Assembly: GCF_009914755.1 (NCBI RefSeq)
Contig: NC_060932.1
Reading direction: 5' to 3' (one strand)
From: the human T2T-CHM13v2.0 reference genome, Homo sapiens
Length of the DNA: 64,000 nucleotides
Part shown: one piece after another, positions 1 through 13,820 of the stretch
Layout: the number at the start of each line of letters is the position of its first letter
How positions within the stretch are numbered: the first letter of the stretch is position 1
Notes under the pieces: model-generated
Databases searched by the model: none
The model's input: only the letters and a program-made list of their open reading frames with translations
Told to the model about the DNA's origin: nothing
Translations under genes and position numbers: made by a program

Positions 1-135
1 CCCAGCTACTCGGGAGGCTGAGGCAGGAGAATTGCTTGAACCCGGGAGGTTGCAGTGAGCCAAGATTGTGCCGCTGCACTCCAGCCTGGGTGACAGAGTG
101 AGACTGTCTCAAAAAAACAAAACAAAACAAAACAA
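1..135 (+). mobile_element. Alu right arm and A-rich tail, truncated by the window edge
   Basis: CCCAGCTACTCGGGAGGCTGAGGCAGGAGAATTGCTTGAACCCGGGAGG...GAGACTGTCTCAAAA. Confidence 0.95.
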
Positions 136-324
136 TTTTAATGACATGCTAAAGTTGGAGAGTCTTCACCTTGCAGTGTTCAAGAGCAGGGGGTTGACAG
201 GCTAGATCTGGGTTTGAGTTCCAAATCTCTGGGTCTCCCTTGGCTAAACCTCTGTTTATCCCCATACCATAAGGTTAACAATTTTCATCTGAGAGGGCTG
301 CTACAAAGATTAAAGTGCAATTTG

Positions 325-634
325 GTTTTTTTTGTTTGTTGTTAGTTTGTTTGAGATGGAGTCTCGCTCTGTCACCCAAGCTGGAGTGCAGTGGTGTGAT
401 CTCGGCTCACTGTAAGCTCTGCATCCTGGGTTCACGCCATTCTCCTACCCCAGCCTCCTGAGTAGCTGGGACCACAGGCGCCCGCTACCGCGCCCAGCTA
501 ATTTTTTGTATTTTTAGTAGAGACGGGGTTTCACTGTGTTAGCCAGGATGGTCTCGATCTCCTGACCTCGTGATCCGCCCGCCTCAGCCTCCCAAAGTGC
601 TGGGATTACAGGCATGAGCCACAGCGCCCATCCC
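325..634 (-). mobile_element. Alu (AluY-like), apparently inserted in a MIR
   Basis: Full reverse Alu; TSD TAAAGTGCAATTTG at 311-324 and 638-651. Confidence 0.92.
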
Positions 635-959
635 CACTAAAGTGCAATTTGTTTAGCAAGCTTTATGTCAATAAGTAGTAACTATCTTGATTTTTTGTAA
701 GCCTTTACTCCATATCACTGATTTGTTTTCAGCATTGTTGACTCTAGCTTTGCTGGTTTGATGATGAACATGATTGCCTCTTTCACGTCTTTCCATAGCT
801 CTGACAGTTCTCTTTCATCTCAATTCATGGCTTACCCATTGAACATGGAATTCAGGCTTTGACTTCCTTGAGAGTGTGAAGCAGTTATTAACTGGAAATT
901 TCTTGTTTTCTCAAGAGAGTCTTCCAAAATATTCTTATCCTGTATCTGTTCCCTGCTCT

Positions 960-1078
960 GCTTTCTTGCTTTCTCTATCTCTTTCTCTTTCTTTCTTTTT
1001 TCTTTGTTTCTTTCTTTTTCTTTCTTTCTTTCTTTCTTTCTTTTTCTCTTTCTCTCTTTCTTTCTTTTTCTTTCTTTC
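960..1078. repeat. CT-rich/(TTTC)n simple repeat
   Basis: Pyrimidine tract made of TTTC units. Confidence 0.9.
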
Positions 1079-2546
1079 AGTAGAAATTCTGCCCATCCTT
1101 TGTGCTGCTTTTGTTGCATTTACTCACCTTTGATGGGGACCATTCTACCTTATCTGCTGTTTGCCCTCAAAGGTGTGGGTAGATGTGCTTTGACTCCCTT
1201 CCCTGTTTATCTAGGAATCTCTAGATAACATCCACCCATGATGGAGACCTGGACACTGATACCTTTTTTCCTGTTTAACCTCTGAGTTGCCTAAAGAGGG
1301 TTTGGTAGAAACTAGATTCCTGGACAGCCTTCCCCCGGTGCTTGTCCCTACTGAGTCTCTCTCTGAATTTGTTGAACACCTCAATACCATGACCCAGCTC
1401 TAAAGAGGTGGGGACATGGCTTGCTTCCTGGGTTTTGGGTTTGTTCCTCCATTTTGGGGAGGTGCAGCCACTTTGTCGAAAAAGCTGGGCCTCTGTTTTC
1501 AGAGACAGCATGTGGTGCTAAGTGGACTTGCCTCTCAGCCTCACGCTGCCTAGTCCAGGGACCCTGGGCAGACAAAACAATGCCATGGTGTGGCCTGCTC
1601 CCACTTCCATTAAGCCAGCATGGAGTGTGGGTAGGGCTGGTGGAACCAGAATCCAAACGGGTGCTCTCTGCTCATCCTTTTTCCCCAGGAGTTGAATGCC
1701 CTCCAGTCTAGGGACTGGGGACCTGTCAGATCTCCCGAAACTCCTCTCACAACCATGCCCAGAAAGGAAATTCATGACTCAGCTCCCTGAGTTCTCTCTG
1801 CATTTTGGTTTTGTCTTTATTCTAGGTCATTTTTTATTCTTCTTGCTGGGTATCTGGAAAGATAGGTTTTGTAATATAATATAATGCCACTGTCATTTTT
1901 AGAAATGCGTTGGAAAAAATTGTGAGACAGCAAAATGCATCTAATTTTTTCTCCATTTCTCCATCCCCAAGCCACTTCTCCCAGTCAGCTTTTTGAGGGA
2001 CAGCCCTCCCTCCCCCATCCCGCCTGTGCTTTATGTCAGAGCCCACTCAGACTGCCCCACCCCTGACCAAAACCTAGGTCTTAAGTGCCCTTAGGTCAGT
2101 GCTTCCGGATTCAGAGTGACCAAGGGACTGCATTTTAATTACTTTCAGGGAGCAGAACGATTTCAACCCTGGTCTCCTAGATTATAATCATCCATCCCAC
2201 AGGCTGTCTGATGGCAAGAATTTTAAGCCCCATTTAAGGTGGACGCTAGAATTATTTCTGGATGGAGCAGAGTAGCACAAGCTGCTGAGCTGCAAATCAC
2301 CGTGATAGTGGCTGCCCAACCCAGTAACCCACAAGGCTACCACGCCTTGTCAGTGCCACTGTGGTGTGAATTAGACCTTTTTACAGGTTACATCAATGCG
2401 GGAGAAGGAAGGGCAATGATGGGCAACAGTGCTGAAATATCTGGTGCTCAGAAACTTCCTTCCTCTTTATTCCTCTGTTAGGTCCCTGGGGAGGGGAACA
2501 ATGAATGGGAAACCCTAGCACCGCCGTTAGCTAGCTTACAGTGCTA

Positions 2547-2617
2547 TTAGGTTGGTGCAAAAGTAATTGCGGTTTTTTACTTATTAGCAAAACCACAATT
2601 ACTTTGCACCAACCTAA
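2547..2617. mobile_element. MADE1 (Hsmar1-derived MITE)
   Basis: Palindromic TTAGGTTGGTGCAAAAGTAATTGCGGTTTT...AAAACCACAATTACTTTGCACCAACCTAA flanked by TA TSDs at 2545-46 and 2618-19. Confidence 0.93.
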
Positions 2618-2849
2618 TAGTAGCTGAACAAAAGTGTTTGTTGAACTTAATTGATCTTACAAGACTGTGCCAACATGGAAGAAAAAAAGAAAAGAGCCCA
2701 TCTTGGAATCAGACCTATCTTTGCTCAAAGTAAGACTCTAGAATGTACCATCTGTGCAACTTGAGGCAAGTTATTTCACCTGTCTGGGTCTCGGTTTTGC
2801 CATGAATATGAAAGCTAGTCGTGTCACTCTAGGAGAAGCGGTTTGTGTT

Positions 2850-3507
<658 letters not shown>

Positions 3508-3808
3508 TAGGCTCATGTGAGGGGCGAGGGTGCCGCCTTGCTGGGAAGGGCAGGGTTCCCGAGCCGCCTGTGTGCCCTCCCCCAGGTGGTGCCTGGCAGC
3601 TGGCTCTGACCTTGGCCTTTAGTCTTTATAACGCCAGCTGCCTCTTTTAGCTGCATCTTTGTAATTGTGAGCATCACCCCCAGACTGATGGGGCCCGGCA
3701 CAGGGATTGGGGATGGGACCTGTGGGTCCCTGCGATCACCTCTATCTATGCTCAGATCCTTTGCAGTCCATCTGGGACCCAGAGGGGCAGAAGGGAGCCC
3801 AGTGTTAA

Positions 3809-4150
<342 letters not shown>

Positions 4151-4661
4151 TAGCTGCAGCTGCTCAGCCAGGGCTGCCTTTTGCATCAACAGTGGAGCAG
4201 ATATGCAGTTTGTGGAATTCACTTGGCAAAATCAGCTATATGGTTGGGCCAAAAGAGAGAGAGAGATCTGTTTAAGTAGTGGGTGTGTGGCGGGGGGCCT
4301 CCCTAGCATTCCTCTCAGTGAGCTTGTGTCCCACAGAGACCAGAAAAGCACCTGCTGGGCTTCGGTCCCCTCTGTTCCCATGTGCGTCTCAGTGAGCATC
4401 TTACTTTAATGACTGTGATCCTAGTGTTTGAAGTGACATGTTTTTCTGATAGCATACTTCTTAAATGCAAGAGCTTACCTCCCCTGGTGTGTAACTGAAG
4501 ATGGACTGATCTCTAATTTGGATCACAGCACTAGAGGGCAAGCTGGCTGCTCTGGGCTCATGCAAAAGTGACAGCCTCCACTGTGATGCCTTCCTAAGGG
4601 ATTTTCGAGGGTCATTTTGGCTGTGGTTTTTGCCTAATGCTGACCCGAATGTCTCTCCTGA

Positions 4662-5471
<810 letters not shown>

Positions 5472-5504
5472 TGACAGGGATTCCTTAGGGAACTCAGGAG
5501 ATGA

Positions 5505-5680
5505 GGTGTGGATTTGGGTCCCAGCCCAGCCATGTAGGAGCTGCTTGACCCTGGGCAAGTTATTTTGTTTGGCTGAGTCTCAGTTTCCTCATCTGAAACT
5601 AAAACCAGTTGATAATACAGCCTTCACTAGGTCATGGAGATGGACTCTGTGTGCAAGTACATCGTCTTGTGTTACGGATG
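5505..5680 (+). mobile_element. MIR fragment
   Basis: MIR core-like TGACCCTGGGCAAGTTA...TCTCAGTTTCCTCATCTG. Confidence 0.65.
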
Positions 5681-5869
5681 CCAGTCATGGAAATTACTCT
5701 TTAGCCTGAAGTTTTATCTTATAAATCTTGTTTTCTTGGGACCGTGCGACTGCCCCTGAGACTGGCTGTGGGTTCAGTTGGGAGGGTGGCATCTTTTATG
5801 GCTATTTTATACATGAAGAATGCAGACCACAGACCTGCCAAATATCACATCACTAGTAGAGGAGGGAAA

Positions 5870-6030
5870 GTTCTTGGACTTGCCCAGCTCTGCCTCTTAC
5901 TGACTTTGCACTTTGGGAAAAATTACTTAACTCTTGGGCCTTCAGTTTCCCCATCTGTAAAACAGCTTTCTAAAATATAGTTTTCAGGATTCTATGGAAC
6001 ATTATGTGTGTAATTGCCAGTCACTTAGTG
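5870..6030 (+). mobile_element. MIR fragment
   Basis: CCCAGCTCTGCCTCTTACT...TTACTTAACTC...CAGTTTCCCCATCTGTAAAA. Confidence 0.7.
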
Positions 6031-6233
6031 GGGACTCCATACAAGTAAGTGCCCTCCCGTAAAACCCATGCGTCTTGACGTCTTGACCTTGCAGCCCAGT
6101 CTGCCTGCTGCTGCCTTTCCCAGACTTTTGCCAGGTGGGCCCCTTCTCCCTGCAGAGCTCTCAGCGCGTGGGCTAGTGGTTTGGGAGCTCTGCGTGTCCA
6201 AGCTCCCCTTGCTAAGGGTCCGATCTCTCCTAG

Positions 6234-6407
<174 letters not shown>

Positions 6408-7009
6408 TGAGTGGTGGCTGGGGAGGTGCTGCCTTCAGAGAGGAGCTAAGATACTTCTCTGTAGCTGGGGGTGCTTGCCTGCCCCACACCCAGTGCCTAA
6501 TGCTTCAGCAAGAGAGACAGAAAGTGGGTGTGTTGCCTGGGCTCTGTATTCCTGGGCAGTTCTCCCTGCCGGCCGTCCCTCGGGAAAGAGAGCACTGATT
6601 TGTTGGTTGTAGACACACCCTGCAGGCCCTAGACCTGGGCTGCCCCCCTGCATGGCCACACGCCTGTCAGGATGCCATGCGCCCTCCCTCAGTCTCAAGG
6701 GACATGGCAGCCTCCTCTTCTCCTCTTGCCTGCCTCCCAGCGGCTGCTCAGTGTGTCTCCAGCAGGCTACGGGCCAGCTCCATGTGGGAACTGTTTCTAG
6801 GGTGCACTGAGCAGCCTGCTGGGGCAGAGTGGAGGTCGGAATGGTGGCCAGAGGCTGTATTGAGAGACACGACTTCCCTCCTCCTCAGCTTCCCCACATG
6901 CCTTTAGATCCACCCTCCTGTCTTTCCTTCTTTTTTCTTTTCCTTTTTTTTCTCATTTTGCCTTCTCCCCTTCCCCTTCTTTGTTCCTGCTCAGGCTTTC
7001 TTTCTCCTC

Positions 7010-7165
7010 TTTTTTTTTGAGACAGGATCTTGCTCTTTTGTCCAGGCAGGGGTGCAGTGGTACGATCACAGCTTGCTGCAGCCTCAACCTCCTGGGCTCA
7101 AGTGATCCTCCCACCTTCGTCTCCCAAGTAGCTGGGACTACAGGCATGTGCCACCGTGCCCAGCT
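7010..7165 (-). mobile_element. Alu monomer (FLAM/AluJ-like)
   Basis: Poly-T then GAGACAGG...GCCACCGTGCCCAGCT. Confidence 0.85.
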
Positions 7166-7195
7166 CTGCCTAGGCTTTTAGAAACCCCTTTCTGT

Positions 7196-7632
<437 letters not shown>

Positions 7633-8131
7633 CTACCTTGATGGTGCAGCCAGGCTGGGGCCGCTGTGCCTTTCTCTGCCCGGGTGGGGCCACACTGCCT
7701 TAGGCCTCTCACAAGCTGCAGGGTAGGTGGCACCTTCCTGAGCAATAGGAATAAAGCTGACAGGAGCATGGTGGCCCTGCTGGTTTGAGGTCCTATACCC
7801 CTCCCCCACCACAGAAACCCTTTCTTCCCCAGCCTCAGACACCATGGCCTTGGCTGGGCTGAGACAGGCCTGGTGAAGAGTCTCTTCCTCCTTGGTGTCG
7901 TGCCATATGAGCTCTTTGAGTCCTGGCTTCTTTAGTTCTAGAAACTGGTGACCTGCCTGACATTGACAGGAGTGACATTTGTCTTTCTGAAGCCAACCAT
8001 ATGGGCTTCAGAGGAAATTTGCTGCAAATGATTGTCTCCGTCCCAGAAGAGATGGGACCTTGCCTCAGGCTGGTGGCATCTGCGGGCTGGAGGCGAGGGG
8101 GTGTGGCTGCGGGATTCGAAGAGGAGTTTGA

Positions 8132-8317
<186 letters not shown>

Positions 8318-9544
8318 TAGAGGCCACCATCTCCTGGGCGCAGGCTCAGCTGAGCCAGTAGGCTCTGGGGGTTTTGTTCCCAGCCTAAAACCCAGGGGGA
8401 GCTGAGCGGTCTCTGGCCCATAGTAATGCGCCTTAATGAAGAAGCCCTTCCTATTGTGTTAGTGCTTTCAATGAAAAGGCATCAGATTCAGGCGACCTTT
8501 GCTGAGGAAGGTCGTGAGCCAAGCCCAACGGATGTCCCTGTGTTAAATGAAACCACAGCAAAGTGCTGCTTTAACGGCCAAAAGCATTTGAATTCTGGAG
8601 ATTTCATGTGGTTCAAGTAGACACATTCTTACTCGATTTTCGCTTCAGCCTCAAGATGTAGGTCAGGTTACCTCCATTGTACAGCTGGAGAGACTTAAGG
8701 GTCCCAGAGTGTCAGGGGTACACTCCAAGTTACACAGCCTCTCAGTGTCACAGCTCGGGGCACCACACTGCCTCATGACTCCAGTGCTCCTGTCTCCCTC
8801 AGTCACTTGCCTGCATTGCCCTGCCACACCACCGTGCTTACATTTGGTATAATTTATAGTTACCCGCGCCACGCCCCCTTTACTGGTCTTCCCAGAAACA
8901 GCCTTCTGAAAACCCGAGCTGGGGCCTGGGAGCGCCATTGCTGCTGGGGCCCAGTCCTCAGGAGGGAGGGCCCTGGCAGCATTTAGGGAGGGAACAGGGC
9001 AGGGTGGGGTCTCAAACCCCAGAGAGGGAGATTGTGGAAAGGAAGGCAGGGAGGGAGGCCAAGAGGCTGCCCTGTGCTGCGAGAGGAATGAGCTGTGGCT
9101 GGGGTTGGCCATGGCGTTCTGATCTCCACAGACTATGGTGAGAGCAGGTTCCCTTGCTTCAGTTTCCTCTTCTGTAGAACAGTGGGCAGCTTGGACCTGA
9201 AGCCTCTCCCAGCTCTGCTCTGCCATACTCTGTAAATAGTCGGGGTGCTGCAACACCAGGCATGACTCAGGGCAGTGAACGCATGTTCCCTGGAGGGTCT
9301 TGAGTGGTGAAAGGGGGAGAGGTTGTGTTTAGCCCTGGGGCTTTGGAAACTGGGAGCCCGCCTCTTCTGATGTCAGAATCACAGCCTCCCCAGTGCTCTC
9401 CCTGACCAGCCTGGGGTGGGAGTGTCCTCTGAGCGCAGGTGTCCCTGTGCGGGCCTGTGGGGCTCTGGGGGATGAGGCAAGCAGGCGGCAGTCGTCTCTT
9501 GCCCATCCAGGGCGGTGTCGGAGCAGCCCTGCCCTGAGCTTTGA

Positions 9545-9757
<213 letters not shown>

Positions 9758-9770
9758 TGAATAGGGAGGC

Positions 9771-9821
9771 TGTGTGTGTGTGTGTGCGTGCGAGCATGTG
9801 TGTGTGTGCGTGTGTGTGTGT
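9771..9821. repeat. Imperfect (TG)n microsatellite
   Basis: TG repeats with CG/AG interruptions. Confidence 0.9.
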
Positions 9822-10742
9822 CTGGTTTGGGCAGGGTCTTCCCCTCTGTTAATTCTTCCCGCTTGACTTCTCTGCTCTTAGGGAGCCCTGGGCTGCAGTA
9901 GCCAGTGGGGCTGTGTTCCCCCTCCCTAGCAGGCCTAGGGGGGGTCTGGGGCAGGGGTCTCCCTTGGGGAGTGGCGTCTGCCAGCTGCTGTGCAGGGAGG
10001 CTCTCCTGCTCATACCCTCTTCTGGGCACAGGGAAAAGCTTGGTCCTTCTTCTGGAGGGCCCTGGAAACCGTATCCCATAGGGCCGGGAAGGGCCTGGGC
10101 TTTGGGGTCCGCTCCGGGACCCCCAAATGGCTCTGTCAGTTACTTCAGTTGGTCTCAGTGACACTGAGGAAGTCACTCAGTGTGTGAGTTGGTTTCTTCT
10201 TCTGTAAAATAAGCAGACTCTTCAGTCTGAAGGATTGAATGAGAGCCTGGCATACCTGCCTGGAGCCCTGAGGGCACATAGAAGGTACCAGATAACCGTT
10301 ATAGCGCCTCCTTTTCCCCTTCTACTTCCAGAAACCATGGTGAGAGATTTTAGACACGAGTTTTCCATGACTTCAAAGTAGTAACTAGTAAAATGGACCT
10401 GCAAGAGGCCTGCCGAGGCCAGCTGTGCTCTCGTGGGTGGTTACGTAGCCAACATGGTCCAGGGTTTCTTGGAACAATAAATATCCTGTCCGTAGGTCTG
10501 TGAGCTCTGGGTGTTCCATCCTGACTTGATACCCCTCCCAAAGGACCCTAAAAAGCAGGGAGGTGTGCAGGATGAACCCCTCAGCCCCCTCACTGTAGAG
10601 ACAGAGAAACAAGGGCATGTAGAGGCGACAAGTTTGGGTCAGCATCCCCTGGGGGGCCAGGATCCCTAAGTTGGCCCCCTCTCATGAGCATCCGGCCACA
10701 CCACGGGCACAGCTGGGCCGAGGCCCCACATGTGTCACATGA

Positions 10743-10970
<228 letters not shown>

Positions 10971-11124
10971 GGCCTGGAGACCCAACTGGCCTGGATCTGC
11001 GTCCCGACGTAGCTGGCGCCCCCAACACCATAAGCCTTCACAGACGCCAGAGCAGCCCCGCACCACCCTCGAGCTTCACCATGGGGTGTGGTGGGCTTTA
11101 GTTTAGTCCCAGAAATGGAGAAAA

Positions 11125-11130
11125 AATAAA
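11125..11130 (+). terminator. R3HCC1: R3HCC1 polyadenylation signal
   Basis: AATAAA 155 nt after the stop codon, followed by GT-rich sequence. Confidence 0.8.
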
Positions 11131-12068
11131 AACTCACGTTGTTCTAATGTGATCACTTTGAAATGTGGTCTGTAGGGGACGCTAGGGGGTGCTATTCCAC
11201 CTTGCAGTGCAGGTGGGCAGCTGCTGAAGGAAGGTCACTTGAGCTTAGCCGGGAGGATCCCCACTGGGCCTGCAGGGCCTCTGTGCACAGCCTGCCCAAT
11301 TTTGGGAGCTGGGTTGCACCTGCTGTGTAGCACCTGCCCACACTCCTTTGGCAGTTCAGGTATCCAGCCTTCTGGCCTGTGCTGTGGGACAGTTCTGGGA
11401 CCCCTGGGCTGGTCCTGGTCTTACCTGTCAGTCAGTGCCAGTTCCTGCAAAATAAATGTAAACAAAGGCAAGAGGTGAGATCTGAATGCGTGCCGACGCC
11501 CTCATTCAATTGTGGTTTGAGTGGAGTTGGTGCCAAGGTGGTCCTACCTACCCTCTAGTTTGCTGGGCCCTAGCATGCTGTTGACACAAGGGGAAGTCCC
11601 CTGTGTCTGGGTGAGTGGCTGGCTTGGGCCAGCCACCCCCCACTGCCACTGGGAATTGCTGGGAGCCCCTGTCCTGTGAACGGATGCCCTCTTGCTTTGA
11701 TAAGCTGCCTGGTGGCTGTTTAAATCTAGACTTCCCATCCAGCCCTCGCACAACTCCTATGCCTTCTGACAAGTTTCAGTAAAAACCACAGGAGTTCAAG
11801 AAAGATTATGACTCCTGTTCCGTTACTTTTTGTGATCTCCTTAGATTGCTTCTCCCAGATGGTAGGAGCTGCCCCTTTTGGAGTCTATTGAAGGAGGTGC
11901 CCTGGTGGCCACACTGGGCTGGAGGGGATCTGAGGACCCATGTCCACCGGAGAAAACCACGAATGTACCTGAAGCTCTGCTTCTGGCCACTGAACATAGG
12001 AAGCCTGCTGCTCAGGGCCCAGGTGCTGTGGGTCAAAGGAAACACAGACACGTTTCATAAATCTTTCT

Positions 12069-12074
12069 TTTATT
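12069..12074 (-). terminator. LOXL2: LOXL2 polyadenylation signal
   Basis: TTTATT on + (AATAAA on -), about 840 nt after the LOXL2 stop; more distal 3' ends cannot be excluded. Confidence 0.7.
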
Positions 12075-12080
12075 CCAAGT

Positions 12081-12460
12081 TTCAAGTATGTGTAAGTGTC
12101 TGTGATGACACATGGTGCTCAGTGAGCGCCCTGTCACCCAGGACCCTGGTTATAGCACCGTTGAATCAAAAACCCACAGAATTGGAACAACAGGAAGATG
12201 AGTCACTTACACAGTGGGTTGGTTTTTCCTTAGATTTGTACTTCCAAGGGCCCAGATGTCCAATATTAAATGCCAATAAATTTGTGCTTCAAAAGTCTGT
12301 GAAAATATAATAATAGTATCTTGAAAAACAAGGGGTGGGGGCTGTGGATAGGGAAGCACCAAGTCTGAGCTCACCAAATCAGAAAACACGTGGCACCATT
12401 ATCTATGTGACTATAATAGACTGGAGGGTTTCATTGGAAGAGAGGTCTAGATATTCAAGT
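12081..12460 (-). promoter_or_regulatory. LOXL2: miR-26 and miR-29 seed sites in the LOXL2 3'UTR
   Basis: On the mRNA: TACTTGAA 12081-88 and ACTTGAA 12454-60 (miR-26); GGTGCTA 12153-59 and TGGTGCT 12355-61 (miR-29). Confidence 0.8.
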
Positions 12461-12915
12461 TTGCTGAAAATGACCTAAGAGGAGGAGAAATGGGGTTCGG
12501 CCTGACCCTCTCTGGGGGGGCTGATGAGCCCGCATTTGTCCACGTGTCACTGGAGAAGAGCGCGGCTCCACTGTGTCTGTGGTGAGCTCGGTGGCTTGAA
12601 TGGGACAAGCTGATGACAACCTGTCTGTGGGCCTCATCCCGGTCAAGACTGGCTCTTGGTGCTGCTCCAGCAGCTCTGTGGACAAACCCCACCCCCGCAA
12701 GGCCTTCTCAGGCCCCAAGGGTCAGGTAGCAGCCCCCCATGAATGATGGGAGGGTCCCTTTCCTCCTGAGCTTAGACACAGCTGTAGGGGTCTGGACAGG
12801 GTGGGGGCCGGGCTGGGTGAGGGCACGTGGCATTCGTTCAGACTCAGTTGTTGGGGGGAAGTCCCATGGAAGATGTGGTGTGGCCTGAAGACAGGAGTTG
12901 ACCACGCAGGCTTCT

Positions 12916-12995
12916 TTACTGCGGGGACAGCTGGTTGTTTAAGAGCCCGCTGAAGTGCTCAAACTTTTTTTCCGTCTCTTCGCTGAAGGAACCAC
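12916..12995 (-). CDS. LOXL2: LOXL2 exon 14 coding part (GGSFSEETEKK...LSPQ*)
   Basis: Acceptor TTCAG|GT; TAA at 12918-12916; 80 nt. Confidence 0.95.
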
Positions 12996-13708
12996 CTGAA
13001 GAGCGAGAATCGGGTAGAGAGAGTGGACAAATGAGATGCTCGGGCCTTGCCTGACCCTGAGCCAGGGGAGTGGGCCTCAGGGGCTGCTGGGGCCACCTGT
13101 GTGTGCCCTCCTCAAAAGGACAGGTGCCAGGCACTGGCCATCTCTAGGGCTGGGCACATAGCAGGTGCTCTGTCAAAGTTGAGTGAACGAGTGAATAAAT
13201 ATAGCGCCTTTAATTTTAACCTTTTGCCAAGAGTGAGGCCCATGACTTTTCCTGCAGAGGAAAAAGCTCTGCCTTCCCTTTTGTTCCCCAAGTCCTATCA
13301 TCCAAGGAAAAAAGTGTCTTTATTGGAGACTAGAAATAACAGTAGTTTGCTAGCTTCCAGCTCTCGACAGAAAAACCTGATAGGCAGAGCCCACAGATTG
13401 CTGATGCCCACATTTTTGAGGTCACATACATAATGAGCCAGTGGCCTCAGCTCCAACCCTTAAAAAGCCTTGGGGTCTGCACTGGGCTGGCCTGGTCCTG
13501 TACCATCCTCTATCCGTGGCCGGAGCTGGCTGTAAAAACTCAGTCTCCATCCAGGCCTGTGTGTCTGTGGCTTCTGTCCTGAATGTGGAAATGTGATGCT
13601 GGCTGCATTCCCCGAGCTCTTTACCCAAATTAGGAAGCTGCCTCTGGGTCCTTGAGAAAGTAGGGCAGCTCCCGCCTGCTTCCTGGAGTGGGGGCGGCCT
13701 GGCCTTAC

Positions 13709-13820
13709 CTATGTGGCAGTTGTACATCCAGATGCGGTGGCCGTCATAGCGGCTCCTGCATTTCATGATGTTGTTGGAGTAATCGGATTCTGCAACCTCG
13801 AAGTTGGGGTTAATAACAAC
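13709..13820 (-). CDS. LOXL2: LOXL2 exon 13 ([21 protein letters not shown]...NCHI)
   Basis: CCTAG| acceptor; G|GTAAGG donor; 112 nt. Confidence 0.95.

Noticed and set aside
832-1228. Lys/Glu/Arg-rich and Phe/Leu/Ser-rich ORFs
   Set aside because: Translations of the (TTTC)n repeat
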